In this document: in pieces, positions 1 to 8,191 of the stretch
How the letters are laid out: the number at the start of each line of letters is the position of its first letter
How positions within the stretch are numbered: the stretch's first letter is position 1
NCBI GenBank assembly: GCA_963804955.1
Contig: CAWDSQ010000005.1
Location: 160,001 to 224,000, forward strand
Direction: 5' to 3'
Source: an uncultured delta proteobacterium
GTDB taxonomy: Bacteria; Desulfobacterota; WTBG01; CAIYCZ01; CAIRTM01
Length of the DNA: 64,000 nt
Notes under the pieces: model-generated
Database searches by the model: none
What the model saw: the letters and a program-made list of their open reading frames with translations, nothing else
What the model was told of the DNA's origin: nothing
Made by a program: the position numbers and the translations under genes

Positions 1-1125
1 GTTCTCGACGCTGCATAAAAACGATCCCCAGAAGCTTCTGCACGAGACCGCTGAAAAAGTAAAAAATCATCCGCGCATAACCCTTTTTACCGGCACTGAA
101 ATAAGCAAAATCAAAGGCTATATCGGCAACTTTACCACAACGATCGGATCAAATGGCACAGCGCGCGAGCTTGCCCACGGCATAATTGTCGTGGCAACCG
201 GCGCCGATGAATATCAGCCCGATGAATATCTCTACGGCCGGCATGACGGCGTTGTCACGCAGAAGCAGCTTGGCGCAAAACTTGCCGCCGAATCCTATGC
301 GCTCTCCGATATCAAAGACGTGGTCATGATACAGTGCGTCGGCTCCCGCACGAAGCAGCACCCCTACTGCAGCAAGCTGTGCTGCAACACGGCAATAAAA
401 AATGCCCTGAAGATAAAGGAGCTGAACCCGTCGGCCAATGTGTATATCCTCTATAAAGACATTCGCTCCTACGGGTTCAATGAAGAATTTTACACCGAGG
501 CCCGCAGAAAAGGCGTCATGTTCATACGCTATGATGATGCGGCTAAGCCGGTTGTGCAGGAAGAGGACGGCAGCCTTACCGTATCGGTTCTTGACCCACT
601 GCTGGGTGAGCAGATTATGCTGCGGCCGTCGCTTGTGGCTCTTGCCGCAGCGGTTGTGCCCGCGGCAATGACAAGATATCAAAGCTTTTGAAGGTGCCGC
701 TCAATGCCGAAGGCTTTTTTCAGGAAGCCCATGTGAAGCTGCGGCCCGTTGACTTTGCAACCGACGGCGTATTTGTCTGCGGGCTTGCCCATTCGCCGAA
801 ATCAATGGATGAGGCTATCTCGCAGGCCCAGGCAGCGGCCGCTCGCGCAGCTATTCCGCTTGCTCGCGGCTATGTGCGGGTTGAGCCTGTTGTCAGCTCC
901 GTGAATGAGGATGCGTGTTTCGGCTGCGGCATCTGCGAATACCTGTGCCCGTACGGCTCGATCACGGTACAGGCGACCGAAAGCGGCGACAAGGCCCGAA
1001 CGATTTCCGCCTCCTGCAAAGGCTGCGGCGTCTGCGCTTCAAAATGCCCGCGCAAGGCTATCAGCATGGGCAGGTTCACCGATGAGCAGATTCTTTCGCA
1101 GATCAGCGCGCTGGTGGAGAAATAA
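1..1125 (+). CDS. hdrA: Heterodisulfide reductase subunit A-like flavoprotein, C-terminal part (5' end outside window; frameshift near 670-690)
   Basis: Frame open from base 2 (..HGIIVVATGA). Motifs IQCVGSR, YCSKLCC, YKDIRSYG, FQEAHVKLRPVDFATDGVFVCGLAHSPK, and two C-terminal CxxCxxCxxxCP ferredoxin motifs. Confidence 0.9.
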
Positions 1126-1131
1126 ATTCTA

Positions 1132-1190
1132 GTAGGGGCGCACCTGTGTGTGCGCCCTGGTTATGGGCAGACACACAGGTCTGCCCCTAC
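1132..1190. repeat. GTAG-type REP doublet
   Basis: gtaggggcgcacctgtgtgtgcgccc followed by the inverted copy gggcagacacacaggtctgcccctac. Confidence 0.75.
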
Positions 1191-1242
1191 CGGAACCCCG
1201 GTTTCAACTGGATGATTTATTAATTAGATACAGGGTCACAAC

Positions 1243-2020
1243 ATGAGCTTTGAACCGAAAATCCTTGGCATCCTGTGCAACTGGTGCGCCTACGCAGGAG
1301 GTGATCTGGCCGGTGTATCGCGGCTCCAGTATCCGCCCAATATGCGGGTGGTGCGCGTCATGTGCAGCGGCAGGGTTGAGCCCTCGTTCATAATGCAGGC
1401 GCTCATCGACGGCTGCGACGGCGTCTGGGTGGGTGGCTGACACCCGGGCGAATGTCATTACCAGTCTGGTAATTGCGAAGCAGTCAATATGATAAACGTT
1501 GTTAAAAGGATACTGCGCCATAGTGCAGTAAATCCTGAACGTGTGCTCCTTGAATGGGTGTCGGCTGCCGAGGCAGTGCGCTTTGCCGAGGTGGTCACAT
1601 CCTTTACCGGTAAAATCCGTGAGCTTGGCCCATTGAGTGATGACGCGAAGCAGAACACCGAGGCCCAACAGCTTAAATTGCATGCTGCACTAAATGCCTC
1701 AAACAGCGAAAAGCTTCGCTGGGTTGCTGCCAAGCAGACCGAGTTCATGAAAGACGGCAACAGGTACGGTGAGGTTTTTACAGCTCATGAAACCGGCCGT
1801 TTTCTTGACGGCGTGATCATCGAGGAGATGATCATTCAGCAGATACTGCTGCTTCTGCAGCAGGAAGCCCTGTCAGTGGTGGAGATAGCCAAAAAGCTTG
1901 CGGTGACGCCGCAGTCAATATTTACCTATATAGTGAGTCTGGGGCGGAAAAAAATGGTCGAGGATTGCCCATATTCGCGACCGCGACCCCTTATACACAT
2001 TGAGCAAACAGGCAGCTTAG
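1243..2020 (+). CDS. mvhD: MvhD-type hydrogenase Fe-S delta subunit, selenoprotein (in-frame TGA 1438-1440), with C-terminal HTH-like extension
   Basis: CNWCAY..RVMCSGRV..GG-TGA-HPGECHY; TGA occupies the conserved Cys position and ORF 1489 is in the same frame. A probable +1 error near 1962 would give a stop at 2020 rather than 2118. Confidence 0.88.
1457..1473 (+). promoter_or_regulatory. Candidate bacterial SECIS apical stem-loop
   Basis: attacca-gtc-tggtaat perfect hairpin starting 16 nt after the UGA, with G in the loop. Confidence 0.7.
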
Positions 2021-2035
2021 CAGGATATAAAAATC

Positions 2036-3670
2036 GTGGCAGCAAAGAAAGTATTAGTCATAGGAAGCGACTCCGCAGGCCTTCAGTCCGCCCTGGAGCT
2101 TGCCAATGCCGGCAATGAGGTGTATCTGGTTGACCATTCACCCGGCATCGGCGGTGAAGGGCTCGGCGCAAGTCATGATGCCGGTTTTTCCTCTTCGCGC
2201 TGGCAGGAGGTAAAGAGCCATAAAAATATACGGCTTATCGGCAATGTTGCCTTTGATGATATCAAGAAAGACAATGGCGGCTTCAGGGTTAAGCTCAGAA
2301 AAACAGCCGCGCGCATCATCGAAGAAAAGTGCGACAGCTGCGGCGAGTGCATCAAGGTCTGCCCCGTGCACCTCTGGGACGACTGCAGCGCAGGCCTTGC
2401 CCTGCGCACCGGTATCGATTTTTTCAACACCGAAACAAAAGCATACAATCTCATTAAAGAGCGGCCGATCTGCGAGGAAACCTGCCCGGTGCATCTGGAT
2501 GTGCGCGGCTATGTAGGACTGATTGCCGACGGCAGTTTCAAGGAAGCCTTCGAGCTGATCAGGCAGCGGATTATTTTTCCCGCAACACTGGGAAGGGTCT
2601 GTCCGCATCCATGCGAGGAAAAATGCAACCGGACCTATAAGGACAAGCCCCTGTGCATCAGAGACCTGAAGCGCTTTGCAGCAGACTTCGGTGATGAAGA
2701 CGCCATTCCCAAAATCCATCCTAACGGCAAAAAAGTGGCCGTCATAGGCGCAGGGCCTGCAGGCCTTGCCTGCGCCTATGATCTGGCTTGCGCCGGCTAC
2801 GGGGTCACGATCTTTGAAGCGCTTCCTGTTGCAGGCGGCATGCTTGCAGTTGGTATTCCAAAGTACCGCCTCCCGCGCGATATACTCAACCGGGAAATTG
2901 ATTATGTGAAACAGCTGGGCGTTGAAATAAAAACCGGTGTGCGCATCGGCGCAGACATTGCTTTTGAGGATCTTTTCAAGCAGGGCTATCAGGCGGCCTT
3001 CATTGCCGTAGGGTCCCACAGGGATCAAAAGCTGAAAATCCCCAACGAAGAGGCTGACGGTGTTGTTTCCGGCATAGAATTTCTGCGCGATGCCGCTCTT
3101 GGCAATCCCGTGAAGCTGGGCAAACGCGTCGCCATACTCGGAGGCGGCAATGTTGCCATGGATGCAGCCCGTACATCCCTTCGGCTCGGCGCGCAGGAGG
3201 TAATCATCCTCTACCGCAGAACCCGCGATGAAATGCCTGCCATCCCCGAGGAGATAGAGGCTTCGCTGCATGAAGGCATTAAAATTGAATACCTTGTGGC
3301 GCCGCTGGAGGTTCTGGTTCAAAACGGAAAAGTTGCCGGGCTGAAATGCAACCGCATGGCCCTTGGCGAGCCTGATGCATCGGGCAGGCGCCGGCCCGTG
3401 CCGATTGAGGGTTCGGAATTCGAGCTGGCCCTTGATACGGTAATACCTGCCATCGGCCAGGCCTCGGATATCTCGTTTCTGCCGCAGGACAGCGGCATTG
3501 CCGCAACCACCTGGGGCACTATTATTGCCGATCCGAAAACCTGCGCCACCAGCAGGGCCGGCGTATTTGCCGGCGGAGACTGCGTGACCGGGCCATGGAT
3601 TGCCGTGGGAGCGGTTGCCGCAGGCAAAGACGGAGCAGCAGCAATTCATCAGTATCTTCAAGAGAAATAG
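2036..3670 (+). CDS. HdrL-like protein, part 1: degenerate HdrA N-terminus + ferredoxin + GltD/NfnB-like NAD(P)H oxidoreductase
   Basis: VLVIGSDSAG, CDSCGECIKVCP, CEETCP..LGRVCPHPCEEKC, VIGAGPAG, GGGNVAMDAAR, GVFAGGD. Confidence 0.8.
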   Translation: MAAKKVLVIGSDSAGLQSALELANAGNEVYLVDHSPGIGGEGLGASHDAGFSSSRWQEVKSHKNIRLIGNVAFDDIKKDNGGFRVKLRKTAARIIEEKCDSCGECIKVCPVHLWDDCSAGLALRTGIDFFNTETKAYNLIKERPICEETCPVHLDVRGYVGLIADGSFKEAFELIRQRIIFPATLGRVCPHPCEEKCNRTYKDKPLCIRDLKRFAADFGDEDAIPKIHPNGKKVAVIGAGPAGLACAYDLACAGYGVTIFEALPVAGGMLAVGIPKYRLPRDILNREIDYVKQLGVEIKTGVRIGADIAFEDLFKQGYQAAFIAVGSHRDQKLKIPNEEADGVVSGIEFLRDAALGNPVKLGKRVAILGGGNVAMDAARTSLRLGAQEVIILYRRTRDEMPAIPEEIEASLHEGIKIEYLVAPLEVLVQNGKVAGLKCNRMALGEPDASGRRRPVPIEGSEFELALDTVIPAIGQASDISFLPQDSGIAATTWGTIIADPKTCATSRAGVFAGGDCVTGPWIAVGAVAAGKDGAAAIHQYLQEK

Positions 3671-3678
3671 GAAACAGT

Positions 3679-4460
3679 ATGCCGGAGCAAGCAGGACGCT
3701 ATATAATTAATTATACCGATATCCCGGCAGAGCGGCAGCGCATGCCAGAGCTCGAGGTGGCCGCCCGGATACAGAGCTTTGACGAAGTCGAGGTCGGCTT
3801 CAGCCGGGAGGCTGCCCAGCAGGAAGCCCGCCGCTGCCTCAGCTGCAGAAGGTGCCTCGGGTGCGGGCTTTGCCTTGCCGTATGCAAGCCCAGGGCAATA
3901 GTGTTTGAGCAGCAGGATGACATTATTGACATCACATTTGATGATGTCGTTATCTCCTCTACTGCAGATGAGCAGATGCCAATCAAAAAAGGCGAATTCG
4001 GCTACCGGCAGTATGCCAATGTCGTGAGCGGTCTTGAGTTTGAAAAAATCCTGTCGAGCGACGGCCCCTATGGCGGCATGGTGCTGCGGCCCTTCGACGG
4101 ACGTATTCCTCAAAAAATCGCCTTTATTATTGCCGAGCAGACGCAAGCGGCAGCATGGCCTATAGTATGAATCAGGCAGCTCTGCTGCTTGAGAAAGTGA
4201 AAGACGCCGGAATCTTTGTATTTTGTCCTGAAGGCCAGTGTGCTGCAGAGTCTTCCGGCCCGCATATCACATTAAAAAAAGCGGCCATAGCCGGTGTCAA
4301 AGAAAATGCGGAAAGCGGTAATATCCTCATCGCGTATACGGAAAACGGCGGTGCGCAGGAAGAGGATTTTTGCATGGTGGTAGTTGTGCGCCCGCCTGAA
4401 CCCTCCCGGGCGATACAGGAAATTTGCAGCAAATTCGGCAAGAAGCCCTTAGCCTTATAG
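3679..4460 (+). CDS. HdrL-like protein, part 2 (ferredoxin + reduced HdrA-like segment; frameshift near 4150)
   Basis: EARRCLSCRRCLGCGLCLAVC, then FGYRQYANVVSGLEFEKILSSDGPYGG..RPFDGRIPQKIAFI. Confidence 0.7.
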
Positions 4461-4591
4461 GTTTCTCCGGTTATTGATGCAAGGGGGGGGGCTGGCATCA
4501 GGACGTAATTTTTACCATTGCAGAAAAGCGGGTGCTCTGGTATTTTTTTAAACAATTCGGCAACAAAAACAAAACACGTATTGGAGGAACT

Positions 4592-5360
4592 ATGAAGCAA
4601 AGAGCGGTAGTATTTTTGGCGGCATGCGCCGTACTGTTTTCAGCGGCGCCGGTATGCGCCTTGACCCCGGGAACCTGTGCTGACTGGGAAGGGAAATGGG
4701 TTTTTTCCTATGATAATGAAAGCAACAACGACAATATAACAATAACCTCTGTCTGCTCAAAGCCGACGCCTGTCATCTGCCACTCCTGCCTGCATGCCTA
4801 CAGGGTCCGTGCAGGACTCTTGGCTGTGCGTTGCAAGAGGCTATAAAGGCAATGAATCAGACAATCAAAGCGTTCAGATCCGCCAGATTTCCATGGATAC
4901 CAGCCACTTTGCTTATTATGAGGCAACGGATGCAGAAATTCTTGCCGGTGGCCAAAACACGCCCTATGACCTCATTGCCAACGATAATTATACTAAGTGC
5001 GAGTTTATTACCAACGGAGCCAATTTCGGCCTTCTTTCGGGCGAAAAGGATAATTGCACTGATAATGATACACCCCCCGTGGATAACTGTACGCTGGAGA
5101 GAATCATCCCCGGCAGGATCAGCACGCTGGCGGCCATTATTCAGCCCATTATGCCTTTTGTTATTATCGGCAGCGGAGACCCCGCATTCGAGAGGGGCGA
5201 CAGGGCTGCTTTCGACAGCGATGCGATCAAGCCCCTGATTCAGCTGCGTATCGGCAACAAAATTATCATTGCTATTTGCCTGGTGCGTCCGTTTAAACTA
5301 ACCTCCGGCGAGGTGGAGGTTTCCGTAGGCGACTGCTTTGGATCGATAACGGTCAAGTAA
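4592..5360 (+). CDS. Secreted hypothetical protein with a 90-aa C-terminal domain shared with 39706..40920 (frameshift near 4780)
   Basis: RBS ggagg, signal peptide MKQRAVVFLAACAVLFSAAPVCA; ORFs 4532 and 4794 overlap; terminator follows. Confidence 0.7.
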
Positions 5361-5405
5361 AGGTGCTCATCATCCTGCTCTGATCGTACTGAAACGCTAT
5401 GTTCT

Positions 5406-5439
5406 AAAAGGCCTGATGCCCGGCATCAGGCCTTTTTTT
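5406..5439 (+). terminator. Intrinsic terminator
   Basis: aaaaggcctgatgcc/ggcatcaggccttttttt. Confidence 0.85.
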
Positions 5440-5491
5440 CTTTCAGAAGCCCCCCGATATATGCTATAAAAATGTAGACAAGAAAGGGGGA

Positions 5492-5767
5492 TTGCATATG
5501 GCCATTAGCGGAAGTCCTAAAATGCTTGCAGGGGATATTGCCAAGGGGGTCACCAGCCTCACGGTGTCAAATATCAAGCAGTATACCCCGGCGGATCTCA
5601 AGACGATCATGGTCAATATCGGCATTGTCCAGCGGGAAATACGGGGCGAGCAGGTCCCTATTGACGACGTGATGGCAGTGAAGGCAAAAAACCAGAAGCT
5701 GCAGCGCCTGAATCAGGCCGTTTCCACCATATCGAGCTATGCAAAGCAGCGACGCATACCCTTGTAA
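5492..5767 (+). CDS. Small hypothetical protein
   Basis: Isolated 91-aa ORF with purine-rich RBS and ordinary composition. Confidence 0.6.
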   Translation: MHMAISGSPKMLAGDIAKGVTSLTVSNIKQYTPADLKTIMVNIGIVQREIRGEQVPIDDVMAVKAKNQKLQRLNQAVSTISSYAKQRRIPL

Positions 5768-5886
5768 ATCAAAGCTGTACCCATGGCGTTTTCCTTGACA
5801 ATTTTTCGAAAATCCATGTAGACTATATCGATTACAAATAACTTTAAAAAGCTATAGTGCATGTTTTGCATGAAAGGAGTTACAGC

Positions 5887-7441
5887 ATGGGCTTGATCAC
5901 GGAGAAAATTGATGCATTGGTTGCAGAAAAGAGAAAAAGTACAAAAGATGGGCGGCGCCAAAGGCATTGAAAGCCAGAAGTCGAAAGGCAAAATGACAGC
6001 GCGCGAGCGCCTCAACCACCTGTTTGACCCCGGCACGTTTCAGGAAGTTGACATGTTCGTGCAGCACCGCTGCGGCTATTTCGATATGCCCGAGACCGAC
6101 ATCCCCGCCGATGCCGTCATAACGGGCTACGGCAAAGTGAATGGCCGGACCGTGTATGCCTACGCCCAGGACTTTACTGCCCGAGGCGGCACGCTCGGTG
6201 AAATGCATGCCAAGAAAATCACCAAGGTGATGGATCTTGCCATGAAGGCCGGCGCCCCCTGCGTGGGCCTCAATGACTCGGGCGGCGCCCGCATTCAGGA
6301 GGGCATCGATGCTCTGTTCGGCTTCGGTGAAATATTTTTCCGTAACTCTGCCGCATCAGGTGTTATTCCCCAGATTACCTGCATCATGGGCCCGACGGCA
6401 GGCGGCGCAGTGTACTCCCCTGCCATGACCGACTGGATCTTCATGGTGAAGAATTCCAGCTACATGTACATAACCGGACCCGAAGTCATTAAATCGGTGA
6501 CCGGCGAAGAAACCGACCATGAAGGCCTGGGCGGCGCCATCGTGCATAATACGAAAAGCGGCGTGGCGCAGTTTGCCGCTGAAAGCGATGCTCATGCCCT
6601 TGATATGATCAAGGAGCTGCTTTCCTATCTTCCGTCAAACAATATGGAAGATGCTCCCCGTGTCGATACCGGCGACAGCCCCGACCGGGAATGCGCCGAA
6701 CTCAACACGCTTATTCCCGACAACCAGAATCAGCCCTATGATATCAAGCAGGTTATCGCCAGCATCGTTGACAACGGCGTGTTTTTCGAGCCCCACGAAC
6801 ATTTCGCTCAGAATATTGTCGTCTGCTTCGCCCGCCTCAACGGCGATGTGATCGGCATCATCGCCAACCAGCCCATGGTCATGGGCGGCGCCCTTGATGT
6901 CCATGCATCGGATAAAGCCTCGCGCTTCATTCGCTTCTGCGATGCTTTCAATATCCCGCTGCTCACTCTTGTGGATGTGCCCGGCTACTTGCCCGGCACG
7001 GATCAGGAGTGGAACGGCATCATTCGTCACGGCGCAAAACTCCTGTGGAGCTACTCCGAGGCAACGGTGCCCAAGATGACGCTCATTACCCGCAAGGCCT
7101 ATGGCGGCGCCTATATCGCCATGTGCTCCAAGCACCTGGGCGCAGATTTTGTGTATGCCTGGCCGTCAGCCGAGATCGCGGTCATGGGCGCCGAAGGGGC
7201 TGCAAATATCATTCACCGCGCGCAGATCAAGGCAGCCGAAGATCCCAAGGCAAAGCGCAAGGAAAAGATCGACGAGTATCGCGACCTTTTCAACAATCCC
7301 TATATTGCTGCGGCGCGAGGCTATGTCGATGCGGTGCTGGTGCCGGCTGAAACCCGCAAGGTGCTCATCAGCGCACTGGACGCCATGCGCAACAAGCGCG
7401 AACACCGCCCGGCAAAAAAGCACGGAAATATTCCCGTGTAA
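5887..7441 (+). CDS. Acyl-CoA carboxylase/decarboxylase carboxyltransferase subunit (PccB/MmdA family)
   Basis: GKMTARERL, QDFTARGGTLG, DSGGARIQEG, RKAYGGAY, KKHGNIP. Likely start is ATG 5887 after aaggag, with a frameshift near 5915. Confidence 0.93.
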
Positions 7442-7458
7442 GGCAAACCTGTGCATGC

Positions 7459-7492
7459 AAAAAGCCCCGCGGATTTCCGCGGGGCTTTTTTT
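7459..7492 (+). terminator. Intrinsic terminator
   Basis: aaaagccccgcgga/tccgcggggcttttttt. Confidence 0.88.
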
Positions 7493-7559
7493 ATTGAAAG
7501 AAGCGTTCCTTGTCCTGTCTAGTGTTTTAGATCATTTAACTACATACTCCAGGACATAC

Positions 7560-7829
7560 AGTTCTCTGTCATCTCTCTCAAGAGACTGTTTCGCAATACA
7601 AATAAATGTCATTCTGAGGAGCTGCAGGCGACGAAGAATCTCGTTCTTTTATTAAAACCATGTACTTTTAAAACGGCTGAGATCCTTCGTTTCACTCAGG
7701 ATGACAGCACTATTTAATTGCGACCCAGCCTCCTGGACAGGGGAGGCTGGGTGGGGTGGATAAAAAATAAATTATGACAGAGTACTAGGATATAAAGTTG
7801 TCTGTCATCTCGACCAAAGGGAGAGATCT
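7560..7829. mobile_element. Nested inverted-repeat (MITE-like) element around a TGTCAT..ATGACA palindrome, plus a half copy at 7803-7829
   Basis: Inverted pairs 7560-7572/7774-7786 and 7582-7597/7717-7732; core 7607-7706. Confidence 0.6.
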
Positions 7830-7899
7830 TATAGTCTGCAAGAGGACTCTGCCGGGGTGGACGCTGTTTTTCTGCCGAGGGGAACAGTATAATGCGGTC

Positions 7900-8061
7900 G
7901 ATGGCGCGCATAGATATTCTGTCCATACAAGGGGCGTTTACGATTCTGAAGTGAAAGGTGAACGGCTGCATCGTAGAGTTGTCCGTAAGACTGTTCAACA
8001 CTGATTCGTCTCTATGTATTTCAAGCCTCCAGCGGGTGTACAACCGGCGGGAGGCTTTTTT
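7900..8061 (+). ncRNA. Candidate structured sRNA or terminated leader
   Basis: TATAAT at 7888-7893; stems 7908-7914/8011-8017 and 7937-7944/7970-7977; terminator 8023-8061. Confidence 0.35.
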
Positions 8062-8191
8062 ATAGGAAGGCTGCGCCGGGCGCAGATGCGGGGCATTCAT
8101 TATTTCTTGCTTCTCATCTTTCCGGCATTGTATTACTATTTCCGGAATATTCTGCAGACCCCGAACTGAACCTTAACAGACTGGATGCCCC

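Noticed and set aside
1438..1440. Nonsense mutation in mvhD
   Set aside because: TGA sits at a conserved Cys with a downstream hairpin, so selenocysteine fits better.
2138..3661. Long antisense ORFs (also 12333..13529, 47014..47760 and others)
   Set aside because: Shadows of well-supported genes on the opposite strand, with no recognizable motifs.
7900..8061. Retron msr-msd
   Set aside because: No adjacent reverse transcriptase.
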